Shown in pieces: positions 24,891 to 37,695 of a DNA stretch of 64,000 nucleotides (the stretch's first letter is position 1; every line of letters begins with the position of its first letter). A model generated the notes under the pieces. It was not told where the DNA came from. It searched no databases and worked only from the letters and a program-made list of their open reading frames with translations. Position numbers and translations under genes: made by a program. Source of the stretch: Malacoraja senta (Eukaryota); contig CM075992.1 in NCBI GenBank assembly GCA_038087875.1, positions 1,862,001 to 1,926,000 of the forward strand, read 5' to 3'.

Positions 24891-25479
24891 CAAGTGTTCC
24901 TTGGCTGAAGATTGGTGATATGTCGTGAATCACCTGCCTCTGCCTGAGCACCGGATCCTCCCCCTCCACTCCCCTTCTCCTCCTAGTGCTTAGGGCCCGT
25001 CCCTGAAGCCAAGAAAGAGTTTGAACATTGTATCGCTGCCACCTGCCAAAGGTGCCACATCTGCAAGAAAATGGCAGCAGACTCTGAAAGCAAGATGTGT
25101 GTGTAACCATTTAGAGTATTCAGATGGACATGTTTGATGCTGAAGGAAGATGTGTAGCACAGGTCAATCTATTGTGTGATGGTGATGACCAGTACAGTTC
25201 CCTCTCTCCTGACTGGATGGCAGAATAACCCAAGTCAGGACAGCGATGAGCAACAGGTCCAGTGAATGCCCAGCGGGTACGTTGAACAGAATCTTGTGAT
25301 GGGTTATCTCCTCTGCTTCTCCCCACTCTCCGACGAAGACCAAAGGATTTATTAGTACTACTTTTTCACATTTTCAGTTCCGATTAAAGTTCCTTATTTG
25401 AAGCATCAACTCTTGTTCCTCTCTTCATTTTTGCTGGTCTGATCTGCAAAGCACTTCCAGAACATTATGCTTAACAGGA

Positions 25480-25812
25480 ATGACGCATCGCCCTGCACAA
25501 AGCACCCAAACACAGAACCAAACTTCCGTGTGGATGGTCAGAGAATTTCAGTAGATGTCAAGTTCATGTACCTTGGCAGCACTCCCTTAGGATCAGTCAA
25601 CATCGATGATGAACATCAACATCAGTCTGAAGAAGGGTTTCGGCCCGAAACGTTGCCTATTTCCTTCGCTCCATAGATGCTGCCTCACCCGCTGAGTTTC
25701 TCCAGCACTTTTGTCCACCTTCGATTTTCCAGCATCTGCAGTTCGTTCTTGAACATCGATGAAGTGCCCAACAGGTTAGCAAATGCCAGCTCTGCTTTTG
25801 GAAGGCTGAGAG
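25480..25812 (+). mobile_element. RTE LINE fragment split by a Penelope-derived insert (~25622-25750)
   Basis: KFMYLGST...NIDDE..NRLANASSAFGRL; aacatcgatga duplicated around the insert. Confidence 0.7.
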
Positions 25813-26329
25813 GTAAACTTAATTGAACATTAAGTTCCAAATGCTGCAACATGTCGAGTTGGAAGAGGAAGAACTATTTCTGCAGCTTACACGGGGCCCC
25901 GTTGAACAAAGCAGCTGCTCACACACAGGTAGAGTGGAAATAGAATGAAGAATTAAAATGACGGGCAACTGGGTTGACTGCCATTCAAGTGTGTCGCAAG
26001 CAGTTAAGTGCCAATCGCATTGCTGTTGGTCTAAATAGATATCCTTTGTTGAAGTGTATTAACAAACCAGAGTGAAAATGATCCAGTAGTTTCATGGTCA
26101 CCATTACTGATGACAGCTCTTCATTCCAAATCTATTTAATTAACTGAATTCCAATGGTGGGATTCAAACATATGTCACAGGATTGCTGGAACACGATGTT
26201 ACTGGGTCATTTAGGAGAGAGATGGGAAATATGTGCAACAGATTTTGTAGGGGTAGAGTGGCCACTCGTGTACTGTTCGTGGATTTTAATAGGGTACCCT
26301 TATTTGTCATCAATCCTTCACATCAAATT

Positions 26330-26736
26330 CTTCACCTCCTCCGTACCCAGTTGCCGGACACTTTAATTCTCTTTCCCATTCCTACACAGGCCTTTCTGTC
26401 CTCGGTCTCCTCCATTGTCAGAGTGAGGCGAAACGCAAATTGGAGGAACAGCATCTCATATTTCGCTTTGGCAGCTTACAGCCCAGTGGTATGAATGTTG
26501 ATTTCTCTAACTTCAGGTAGCCCCGGCATTCCTTCTCTCTCTACCCCTCCCCCACCCAAGTCGCAATAGCTTCTTGTTTTCAACATCACAAACAGCTAAC
26601 AATTGCCTGTTTCCTTTAACATCGTTACTTTATTGCATATCTTTCATTCATTGTTCTTTATCTCTCCACATCATCGTCTATATCTTTTGTTTCCCTTATC
26701 CCTAACCAGTCTGAAGAAGGGCCTCGACTCGAAACT
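26330..26736 (+). mobile_element. Older Penelope 3' remnant
   Basis: RKLEEQHLIFRFGSLQPSGMNVDFSNFR* then UTR ending at ctgaagaagggcctcgactcgaaac. Confidence 0.7.
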
Positions 26737-26744
26737 TCAGCCCT

Positions 26745-27505
26745 TTAATTTGGAAGCTGTGACCTCTGGTCCTAGACTCTCCCACCAGCGGAAACACCCT
26801 TTCCACATCCACTCTATCTATGCCTTTCATTATTCTGTAAGTTTCAATGAGGTCCCCCCTCAACTCCAGCGAGTACAGGCCCAGTGCCGTCAAACGCTCA
26901 TCATATAAAGGAATCAATCTATCTATATATAGGCCTCAACAGGCCTGACTCTGGGGAGAACTGGGGATGGGGACTGGACATTGTGCCTTCCCCCACAGTG
27001 GTAACCATTGTGGGGGGATGATTTTTGTGTGTAAGTGATTATTTCAGTCTGTGTCCAAGATGGCTGTCGGAAGGGAGAGTGGACGCTGGCGCGCTTTAGC
27101 TGCCTCTGCTCTCTCTCTACACATTGTGTTTTTGATTTTTTTTTGTCTTTGGATCGAATTCTATCTTTAATTTGTGTATTGGTGATGTCTTTATTATTTA
27201 TTTTACTCCGATTATATGTTTTTTACTTGTTAAATTCTGTAAGGTGTCCTTGAGACTCTTGAAAGGCGCCCATAAATATAATGTATTATTATTATTATTA
27301 TTATTATTATATGCTAACCCACTCATTCCTGGAATCATTCTTGTAAACCTCCTCTGGTCCCTCTCCAGAGCCAGCACATCCTTCCTCAGATTTGGGGCCC
27401 ATATCTAAATGCGGCCTGGCCAGCATCTTCTAGAGCCTCAGCATTGCATCTCTGTCTTTGTATTCCAGTCCTCTTGATATAAATGCTAGCATTGAATTTG
27501 CCTTG
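26745..27505 (-). mobile_element. Older CR1 fragment interrupted by SINE-like inserts (~26915-27307)
   Basis: YDERLTALGLYSLE..RGDLIETY (26702-26917) and KANSMLAFISRGLEYK (27430-27672); insert ends in L2-type tail and (att)n. Confidence 0.7.
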
Positions 27506-27915
27506 TCAATGAGGAGCACCCCTTTCAAAAGGCAAACTGGAACTGCCTTTGCAGTAAATGGAAAAAAAAACCAGGAGCTCTTGTAATGATAGGCATAGAA
27601 CCGACCATATCTAACACTCCCTCGTAAAAGCAAAAATAATGTGACTTTCACTGATTCAGACAGGCTAAACATTATTAATATTAACAGCTATGTCATTTTT
27701 TTCAAACATGCAATCTGTAAATGTATTCATTCTAATTTAGATTAATGGTTGAGTCCCTTTTGCACATTTGATAAAAATCTTCCAAATCAAAACCCAGCAT
27801 TTCGTCGCTCCCGTCAGCAGAGGGCGGACGTGCTCTATAGTTGTAACTGTTCACAGCTTCTACCTGAATTCCACCAAGTACTTGTGCCTAGGATGGACAC
27901 AAAATGCTGGAGTTA

Positions 27916-28557
27916 AGGGCCTGTCGCACTTGGCCGTCATTTGCGCGCCATTTACGCGACTTGGTAGCGTGTGGGTAGTGTGTGGGTAGCGCGGGGCGGG
28001 CGCATGGAGTGGCGTGGAGGAGTGTGGAGTTGCGCACGGTATCGCGCAGCGTCGCCAGGATTTCGTCCTGTACGAAATCTTCGCCCGCCACCGGCCTGTC
28101 GCGTAAATGGTGGGAACAGGGTGACGTTTCAGGTCGAATGGGTGACGTTTCGGGTCGAGACCCTTCTTCAGACGGAAACATTACCCATTCCTTCTCTCCA
28201 GAGATGCTGCCTGTCCCGCTGAGTTACTCCTGCATTTTGTGTCTATCTTCAATTTAAACCAGCATCTGCAGTTCCTTCCCACAGATTAATTTGGTCTGCA
28301 GCTTGCTACTTTTCATTCACCTCTGTTTTGGAATAGGGGCATTACATCTGCAGTTTTTCCAATTGCTAGCTCAAGAAACTGGAACGTTTTGGAAAATCAC
28401 CATAAATATCATAAACTGGGTAAATATCATAAAATGGGTATTCAAATGACGTCACGCACTCCAGACGGCTGTGCGGACGCATGATGACGCGTGCGACTGT
28501 CGCGCTTCAGTCACTACCGGCCTGTCGGGTAAATGACGGCCAAGTGGGGCAGGCCCT
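27916..28557. mobile_element. PIF/Harbinger-like MITE carrying internal cargo, inserted in a Penelope-type repeat
   Basis: TIR AGGGCCTGTCGCACTTGGCCGTCATTT / AAATGACGGCCAAGTGGGGCAGGCCCT; flanks TTA/TAA; host repeat ...gctggag|taa|ctccgcgggtc is continuous across it. Confidence 0.75.
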
Positions 28558-29134
28558 TAACTCCGCGGGTCAGGCAGCATCTCTGGAGAAAAATAGTGGG
28601 TGACGTTTCGGGTCGAGATCCTTCTTCGGACTTGTGCCCGATGCTCAACACTTTCCGATGAAATTTTGGCATTTAGTTGCCGGACATAATACGACAAGTC
28701 TGTCTGCCAGAAAGTTATGCATTACGTGAATTACACCGGCATCCAGACTGTTGTGAGAAAGCTCAAACAGAAATTAGATTTTAAAGTAGAAAGGTTTGGG
28801 GAAAGCTTAAAATAAGTGTGACGGGAATGGTGAAGCAGAGATGTGAGAAGCTGATGAATGTGATATTGACAGGTGAGGGTTGGAGAGATGGGGTATAACG
28901 GGATCAAGGAGATAGTCATAACACAAGACAAATCTTCCACCAGGACAGGCCTGGATCCGCCTGCAGATAAATCCATAATTGGACTATTCCCAGCATTGTC
29001 TTCCATTAGGGACAGCACTGTAACAAGGAATTCTTCATGAAGGCAAAGTGCCAGTGACAACTCGATTGTCATCATGTATTTTCTTTCTGCTGGTCAGCAC
29101 ACAGCAAAGGTTCTTCACTGTACCTCGGTATGTA

Positions 29135-29611
29135 CCTGGGATGGCAGGACTTTCATATGAAGAAAGACTGGATAGACTCGGCTTGTACTCGCTAAAATTT
29201 AGAAGATTGAGGGGGGGATCTTATAGAAACGTACAAAATTCTTAAGGGGTTGGACAGGCTAGATGCAGGAAGATTGTTCCCGATGTTGGGGAAGTCCAGA
29301 ACAAGGGGTCACAGTTTAAGGATAAAGGGGAAGTCTTTTAGGACCGAGATGAGAAAAACATTTTTCACACAGAGAGTGGTGAATCTGTGGAATTCTCTGC
29401 CACAGAAAGTAGTTGAGGCCAGTTCATTGGCTATATTTAAGAGGGAGTTAGATGTGGCCCTTGTGGCTAAAGGGATCAGGGGGTATGGAGAGAAGGCAGG
29501 TACGGGATACTGAGTTGGATGATCAGCCATGATCATATTGAATGGCGGTGCAGGCTCGAAGGGCCGAATGGCCTACTCCTGCACCGATTTTCTATGTTTC
29601 TATGTTTCTAT
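29135..29611 (+). mobile_element. CR1 LINE 3' fragment (frameshifted)
   Basis: ORFs 29048-29245 and 29250-29513; (gtttctat)n tail. Confidence 0.95.
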
Positions 29612-31168
29612 GGAACACGTGACAATGAACTAAACTCAAACCGGGATTGGGAAACCTGCCCGCTGAGTCTGGAGAAATTACAGGGACCCTCTATAAATGA
29701 AAGGAAGAATATGGCAGCCAGGAGATAAATAGAACTAGATAAATAGGTTAATTTAAGCGTCAAATTAACTGTTTTAAATTACTTTAAGGGTGTATCTGCA
29801 TGCATTTTGATTCATTATTTACTTTTTTTATTTTTATGATTTTAATGCTTCAATCATTATATTATTATTTTTTTAACAGGATCCAAGTGATTTTGAATGT
29901 TGCGTATGTCAAAAAATGTCCAAAAGTCAGAGGAGTTGATTCAGTCCTCATGCTGAACAATGTATCAGTTTATCAATGTACAATCATCAATGTATAATCA
30001 TCAATGTATTGATGAATCATGTATTGGGAACCATAGTGGAAGATATGGGCAAGTGCCCACCAATTTCAGATCAGCAGGCAGTATCCACAAAGAAGTAGGA
30101 GCAGGAGTGGGTCTGCTCAACCATTCAGGGAGATCATGGTGGATGTATGACTAGAAGAATGGTTTTCATCACGTCACCATAGACTGGTCTTGTTGAGATA
30201 GGCTGACGGGCTGACGGGATCTGGTGTGGGATAGCAGTTTTGGAAATCTGAAATTTACAAAGGTTGAAAAGTAAGAGATCAGCAAGGAGAGTATTAAATT
30301 AGTCTGATTTGTACTAATTTTTACTATCTATTAAATCAGTATTAATTTGACATCTCTAACCCTAAGTTCCAACCCTGGTTTTCAAATTCATCCGTGCTCT
30401 CACTTTTCACTATCTCAGTAACATGTAACACTACACAATATATCTACGTGCTTTAAAGTCTGACATCAAGCCTTCCCAAATGTGTTGCTCCACCACCAGC
30501 AGCCGTGTCTTCATTTACTAAGGCCTAAAGCTCAGGAATTCTCTCTCTCTATCCTCATCCTTTGAGACATTCCGTTGAACCAATTTGTCTTTGGGTCACT
30601 CACTATTTAGTTTGGCATCAACAGGTCGGGGGGGCAATGCTTCAGTGAAGCACCTTGGGAGATTCCTGCTCATTAAAGCATATGTGAATGGCTACTGAAT
30701 TAGAAGGTATGAAAGTCATGTCTTCTTCTTCTTAGGCAACTCTGCAGGATCAAGGATAACTTACCTGCAGTCCAGTTTTCTAGGTTGAAGTGGCCGATGA
30801 GGACAATGCGGAGACTACAGTCTCTTCCACAGATGGGGAAGGAGGTGGCGGATGTGGCAGGCAGGTGGGTAGCTTGTGAGATAACTTTCTACTGCTACAC
30901 AGGGCTTCTGTGTGCTGTCTATGCACAGCCTCGAGATTTTCAATATCGTCCTAAATGCTCTTTCTCCACTTTGAGCAGTTATGAGTTCAAGATTCCCGGG
31001 AGTCAGTGGGGATGTTGCACTTCTCAAAAAAATTTGGTGCATCCTTAAATCATTTCCTCTGTCCAACGAGTATAATGTCTTACCATAGAGTTCAGATGGC
31101 AAATCCACAAACAATATGGCCGACCCAACATAGCTGACTGAGAGTGATAAGCATCTCAATGCTGGGGA

Positions 31169-31790
31169 TAGAAACATAGAAACATAGAAATTAGGTGCAG
31201 GAGTAGACCATTCGGCCCTTCGAGCCTGCACCGCCATTCAATATGATCATGGCTGATCATCCAACTCAGTATCCCGTACCTGCCTTCTCTCCATACCCTC
31301 TGATCCCTTTAGCCACAAGGGCCACATCTAACTCCCTCTTAAATATAGCCAATGAACTGGCCTCGACTACCCTCTGTGGCAGAGAGTTCCAGAGATTCAC
31401 CACTCTCTGTGTGAAAAAAGTTCTTCTCATCTCGGTTTTAAAGGATTTCCCCCTTATCCTTAAGCTGTGACCCCTTGTCCTGGACTTCCCCAACATCGGG
31501 AGCAATCTTCCTGCATCTAGCCTGTCCAACCCCTTAAGTATTTTGTAAGTTTCTATAAGATCCCCCCTCAATCTCCTAAATTCTAGAGAGTATAAACCAA
31601 GTCTATCCAGTCTTTCTTCATAAGACAGTCCTGACATCCCAGGAATCAGTCTGGTGAACCTTCTCTGCACTCCCTCTATGGCAATAATGTCCTTCCTCAG
31701 ATTTGGAGACCAAAACTGTACGCAATACTCCAGGTGTGGTCTCACCAAGACCCTGTACAACTGCAGTAGAACCTCCCTGCTCCTATACTC
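31169..31790 (-). mobile_element. CR1 LINE 3' fragment
   Basis: ORF 31266-31904 from EYRSREVLLQLY onward, nearly identical to copy 12996-14017. Confidence 0.95.
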
Positions 31791-32033
31791 AAGGATGTTG
31801 GTCTGAGAGAAGATATTGACTGAAGTTGGTTCGCTTATCCTTCCAGTGAATTTGGAGAATTTTGCAGAGACAGCATTGGTGATTTTTTTCCTGTGCCTTA
31901 ACATTTCTGCTGCAAGTGATCTGGATCTCAGAAGCAGGGTGGAGGCCAGGAATTGGTGTCTGGCCGACCATGAATTTTGTACCAGGTTTTAGTTCTTGAT
32001 CTTCAGATATGCTTCTCCTCAATCAACTAAAGG

Positions 32034-32304
32034 ACTCCATCTTTTCTTTTCTTATTTCCTTTTCTTTCTTCTGCACTGCTTTGGTAGCTTAGGGGTCTTT
32101 TTCCTGCTCTTTTCTACTTCATTCTCTTCATTCTTCTTTTTCTTCTTTCCTTGTTTTCCTTTTTTAAATTTTTTAAATTTTTTTTAAATTTAGGTTATAA
32201 GGTTAAAAATGAAGCTGTACAATAATTGTATAATTGTTATGCCGATCGTCTTATCCTTGTACAATTGCTTCTAATAAAAATAAATAAATATATATATAAA
32301 TAGA
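32034..32304 (+). mobile_element. L1-type 3' UTR insertion
   Basis: Pyrimidine-rich body, AATAAA and A-rich tail, 13-bp TSD AATCAACTAAAGG (32021-32033 / 32305-32317); end resembles that of the L1 at 6013-6864. Confidence 0.7.
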
Positions 32305-33470
32305 AATCAACTAAAGGTTGTAGTAATGAACTGAGGGCGGGACATTTTTCCTGTATTATGAATTGATGCAATGGGACAAACAGGTAGAGGTTGTTGGTCT
32401 TGTCGATGATGCGTGTAAGGTTCATCCTTTTGGATGCTTCAGCAAGCGATTCATCAATGTCTTGGAGTTCAGTTTCCAATTGTGCGTAAACACAAGCACT
32501 ATATGTATTCTGCAGCTGGACTTTATTCATTCAGATGACTTTGGAGTGAACAGTTTCCCATTAGTTCCGAAGATTAGCTCAACTCCCAACAGATGTGTGC
32601 TCAATGTGAGGTGTAACTCCGTAGCAAGAAAGTTGTGTGGCAATGAGTAATGTTGTTTGATAGTGATCTTCACTGAGTTTGGTTTGGTTGAAGACAAAGA
32701 GCAAAAAACGAGCTGTCTGAGGAGCTCCACTGGTCAAGCACCATCTGTAGCGGGAAACTGCCAATCAACATCTTGGTTTTGGGACTCTTCACCTGGACGG
32801 GGAATTTCCCTCCACAGATGCTGTTCAACCTGCTGAGTTCTTCCAGCAGCTCATTTTTTGCACCAGATTCCAGCATCTGCAATATCTTGTGTCTCTTTCG
32901 TAGACCTGTTGGTTAGTATCTTGTCTTGCATACCATGGTGAAGTAAACATAAGATGGAGAAACATTTCCGTGAGAGCCAAATTTGAGAAAATATTCTATT
33001 GCCCTCCAGACTGATGGAGTATACGGTTTTGATGGAATTTAAGAAGCCCATGCATATTCACTTTTATTGGAGTTGTCTTGTGGTGAAGATCATATCCATT
33101 ATGGCTCTAGATAGCCAGAATCCATGCTTTGATTCAGCTATTTGATGGCAGCTATTTGATCACGAGGAAGAGGCGGTTAAAGGGGACCCAGATGATGAAT
33201 TTCTCCGTGCTAGACAGCACAGAAATCAGTTACCATAGTCAGACTTTGCTCCTTTCTTTAAAGAACATCAACATTTTTGCATATCTGAGTTTCACCAATG
33301 CCTTCCAGATGAAGATGACGAGATTGTGGTTTTGCGAAAAAAAGTGTCACCAGCAGAACAGCTGAGGAATGGGTAGAACTTTAGTAACAACGCAAAGGTC
33401 GGTTTAAAGTTGAGCTGAAGATCAAAGATTCTGCACAGCAGTACCAAGCCCACATTGGCCTGAATGTCCC

Positions 33471-34960
33471 TGGAGTAGCTCCTGAGGACTGGAGGGTAGC
33501 TAATGTAACCCCACTTTTTAAACAGGGAGGGAGAGAGAAAACGGGGAATTACAGACCAGTTAGTCTAACATCGGTGGTGGGGAAAATTCTGGAGTCAGTT
33601 ATTAAAGATGGGATAGCAGCACATTTGGAAAGTGGTGATTTCATTGGACAAAGTCAGCATGGATTTATGAAAGGTAAATCATGTCTGACGAATCTTATAG
33701 AATTTTTCGAGGATGTAACTAGTAGAGTAGATAAGGGAGAACCAGTGGATGTGTTATATCTGGACTTTCAGAAGGCTTTCGACAAGGTCCCACATAAGAG
33801 ATTAGCATACAAACTTAAAGCACATGGTATTGGGGGTTCAGTATTGATGTGGATAGAGAACTGGCTGGCAGACAGGAAGCAAAGAGTAGGAGTAAACGGG
33901 TCCTTTTCAGAATGGCAGGCAGTGACTAGTGGGGTACCGCAAGGCTCAGTGCTGGGACCCCAGCTATTTACAATATATATTAATGATCTGGATGAGGGAA
34001 TTGAATGCAACATCTCCAAGTTTGCGGATGACATGAAGCTGGGGGGCAGTGTTAGCTGTGAGGAGGATGCTAGGAGGCTGCAAGGTGACTTGGATAGGTT
34101 GGGTGAGTGGGCAAAGGCATGGCAGATGCAGTATAATGTGGATAAATGTGAGGTTATCCACTTTGGTGGCAAAAACAGGAAAGTAGAATATTATCTGAAT
34201 GGTGGCCGATTAGGAAAAGGGGAGATGCAACGAGACCTGGGTGTCATGGTACACCAGTCATTGAAAGTAGGAATGCAGGTGCAGCAGGCAGTGAAGAAAG
34301 CAAATGGTATGTTAGCATTCATAGCAAAAGGATTTGAGTATAAGAGCAGGGAGGTTCTACTGCAGTTGTACAGGGTCTTGGTGAGACCACACCTGGAGTA
34401 TTGCGTACAGTTTTGGTCTCCTAATCTGAGGAAAGACATTCTTGCCATAGAGGGAGTACAGAGAAGGTTCACCAGACTGATTCCTGGGATGGCAGGACTT
34501 TCATATCAGGAAAGACTGGATAGACTCGGCTTGTACACGTTGGAATTCAGAAGACTGAGGGGGGATCTTATAGAAACTTACAAAATTCTTAAGGGGTTGG
34601 ACAGGCTAGATGCTAGAAAGATTATTCCCGATGTTGGGGAAGTCCAGAACTAGGGGTCACAGTTTAAGGATAAGAGGGAAGTCTTTTAGGACCGAGATGA
34701 GGAAATCATTTTTTACACAGAGAGTGGTGAATCTGCGGAACTCTCTGCCACAGAAGGTAGTTGAGGCCAGTTCATTGGCTATATTTAAGAGGGAGTTAGA
34801 TGTGGCCCTTGTGGCTAAAGGGATCAGGGGGTATGGAGAGAAGGCAGGGATGGGATACCGAGTTGGATGATCAGCCATAATCATATCAAATGGCGGTGCA
34901 GGCTAGAAGGGCCGAATGGCCTACTCCTGCACCTATTTTCTATGTTTCTATGTTTCTATG
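33471..34960 (+). mobile_element. CR1 LINE, 5'-truncated, with complete RT domain; one frameshift near 34617
   Basis: ORF 33574-34653 QHGFMKGKSCLTNL, LDFQKAFD, GVPQGSVLGP, FADD; (gtttctat)n tail. Confidence 0.97.
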
Positions 34961-35284
34961 ACCATAGTTGGAAAGCTCAGCCCAAATTCTGGTCATTTAT
35001 TCCATATGTGTTCAGCTGGTGGCAGCAGGTTTGGCCTTAACTGTGCCTTCATTCAAGACATCTATTATGCATGAAATTAATTTGTGTTAAATGCTAAAGT
35101 GAATAGCCTCCTACCCTACGATCTTACCCCTGGGAGAGAGAGTGGCCTCTTACTGTTTGCCACCCTGCCAGCCTCAACAAAGGGGCAGCCCAGGGGACTG
35201 ATGCATGTCCACCTACCATCCCACCAGTGAAAGCGCAGAGAGGCACCTTACGGAAAGAACCCGTCTCCTCACTCTCGCTGGATG

Positions 35285-36173
35285 ACAATACACAATAGAC
35301 AACAGACAATAGGTGCAGGAGTTGGCCATTATGCCCTTCGAGCCAGCACCGCCATTCAATGTGATCATGGCTGATCATCCCCAATCAATACCCCTTTCCT
35401 GCCTTCTCCCCATATCCCCTGACTCAGCTATTTTTAAGAGCCCTATCTAGCTCTCTCTTGAAAGCATCCAGAGAACCTGCCTCCACCGCCCTCTGAGGCA
35501 GAGAATTCCACAGACTCACTGCTCTCTGTGAGAAAAGGTGTTTCCTCGTCTCCGTTCTAAATGGCTTACTCCTTATTCTTAACCTGTGGTCCCTGGTTCT
35601 GGACTCCCCCAACATCGGGAACATGTTTCCTGCCTCTAGTGTGTCCAAGCCCTTAACAATCTTATATGTTTCAATAAGATGCCCTCTCATCCTTCTAAAC
35701 TCCAGTGTACAAGCCCAGCTGCTCCATTCTCTCAGCATATGACAGTCCCGCCATCCCAGGAATTAACCTTGTAAACCTACGCTGCACTCCCTCAATAGCA
35801 AGAATGTCCTTCCTCACATTAGAGGACCAAAACTGCACACAATACTCCAGGTGTGGTCTCACTAGGGCTCTGTACAACTGCAGAAGGACCTCTCTGCTCC
35901 TAGATTCGATTCCTCTTGTTATAAAGGCCAACATGCCATTCGCTTTCTTCACTGCCTGCTGTACCTGCATGCTTACTTTCATAGACTGATGTACAAGGAC
36001 CCCCAGATCCCGTTGTACTTCCCCTTTACCCAACTTGATGCCATTTAGATAGTAATCTGCCTTCCTGTTTTTGCTACCAAAGTGGATAACCTCACATTTA
36101 TCCGCATTAAACTTCATCTGCCATGCATCTGCCCACTCCCCCCACCTGTCCAAATCACCCTGCATTCTCATAG
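35285..36173 (-). mobile_element. CR1 LINE, second subfamily, 3' fragment
   Basis: ORFs 35695-36171 and 35424-35738; diverged C-terminus (ELDRALKNS) and ttgtct/ttgtcta-type tail. Confidence 0.9.
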
Positions 36174-36328
36174 CAATGAAGACAGCTCTCTCCTCTGGTG
36201 AAAAAGGAGAAAGTTTGAATGGAGAAAAACTGCTATTAAATATTTAACCATTACATGTGAAGTGTACAGCTGAGGTCAGAATCCAGTTTATGGAATATAA
36301 TTCATTGGTTAGCATTTGAGATACTCAC

Positions 36329-36370
36329 ATCTTCTGCGTTCACTGCCAGGACACTGGTGCTCTTCTTCAT
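36329..36370 (-). CDS. PDE4B: First coding segment of a PDE4 long isoform (PDE4B1-like), cAMP-specific phosphodiesterase
   Basis: GCG-ATG...: MKKSTSVLAVNAED then gtgagt donor in phase 0; 9/14 identical to human PDE4B1 N-terminus MKKSRSVMTVMADD as I recall it, also a 14-codon segment; paralogue assignment (vs PDE4A8-type) not proven. Confidence 0.72.
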
Positions 36371-36561
36371 CGCGTGGCAAGCTTGGACAAGTCCTTGGAC
36401 AGGATCAGAGTCGGTGCCGTGCAAGATGTAGCCAGTTCAGTCAATAATTTAATGAGCTGCACGATGCTACATCAAGATGCTGTTCCTTGGCACCCACTTC
36501 TGCCCATCGATTTCAGCCTCTGCCTGTTATGCCCGGCATTTAAACAGTTTCTGACCACCTC
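36371..36561 (-). other. 5' UTR part of the PDE4B1-like exon
   Basis: Acceptor gcttttatttgcag|GAGGTG; all three frames closed before the ATG. Confidence 0.55.
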
Positions 36562-37322
36562 CTGCAAATAAAAGCAAATGGCAAAAATTAATGTTGGTGA
36601 GATGCAGAATAATTATATTTTGCAATGCCCCAGTGCCTGAAGGAGATATCCTCGATTTGTGAGATGCCATGTGGTGGGAAGTCTATTCTTTACATCTATT
36701 CCCTTCAACAACCACCCATGTCTAACTAACATTTCCCTCTGTACTATCATCACCTCCCAATGGAATGATTTAATCACACACCAATCTTTATTTACATGCT
36801 CCTAGTTGCCCAATGTACACCATTTAGTCACGACTCATTGTCTCTAGTAATATCCTTTGTGACTATGACTATGGTATTTTATGCTCCTTTCATCTCTCGA
36901 CAGTGGCAGATATGATGAGTCATCACATTCTTATCTACTACAACAGAAAATGCTGTGAAAACTCAGCAGGTCAGACAGCATCTGAAAGTTAAACAAAGAT
37001 GATATTTCGGGCTGAAGTCCCTTTATCATTTTCATACAAGATACTTGAAAAGTTAACTGATTCTCTTTCCAAGATGATGGACAGCGAAAATGATTGCAGC
37101 ATTTCCTGTTTTTAATTTCAGATTTCAGTTCCATTGTTTACACCCCATTCTCTACCTGATCTCTTTTGCTCCAGGTCATTGCTCCATCTAAGGACTGTCT
37201 TTCCTGCAATTCACACTACTCCTTTCAACGTCTCTTCCAGCTTCTACTTGAAGACTTCCAGCCCCCCAAGACACATTTTCCCCTCTTTATGGATTGCCCC
37301 TCGGTTCACAACACATCATGCA

Positions 37323-37695
37323 GCAGGAAGGAACTGCAGATGCTGGTTTACCCAGAAGATAGACACAAGATGCTGGAGTAACTCAGCGGGACAGGCAGCG
37401 TCTCTGGAGGGAAGGAATGGGTGACGTTTTGGGTCGAGACTGAGAGTAAGGGGAGAGCGAGACAGAGAGATATGGAAGGGTAAGGTGTGAAAACACTGAT
37501 CAAAGGGCACAATGTTCAAGGAAATGTAGAATGGTTCACTGTTAGCTGAGGGGAAAATGACAACGAGGCATAAAATCAGTAATATTTAATCAGGACAGTC
37601 AGACTGGTCCGAGAACTAGGATGGGGGAGGGACGGAGAGAGAGGGAAAGCAAGGATTCCTTGAAGTTGGAGGAATGAATATTCTTACCGCTGGGT
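37323..37695 (-). mobile_element. Penelope 3' remnant / terminal repeat (older subfamily)
   Basis: ggaaggaactgcagatgctgg...gtgacgttttgggtcgagac followed by UTR homologous to 26500-26735. Confidence 0.7.

Larger units (their letters stand above)
30720..33470 (-). mobile_element. Ancient RTE-clade LINE fossil with several younger inserts
   Basis: Degenerate motifs DMIFTTRQLQ (~33060-33095) and HQCCLCKILQIHWKDKRTN (~31830-31880); (aag)n tail at ~30721. Confidence 0.6.

Noticed and set aside
24891..25110. N-terminal extension of the 439-aa Penelope ORF as a host-TE fusion
   Set aside because: Lies outside the TSD; chance open frame in flanking DNA with no supporting signals
29880..29940. Plus-strand acceptor followed by DPSDFECC, faintly like the next PDE4B1 exon
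   Set aside because: Wrong strand and closes after about 19 codons
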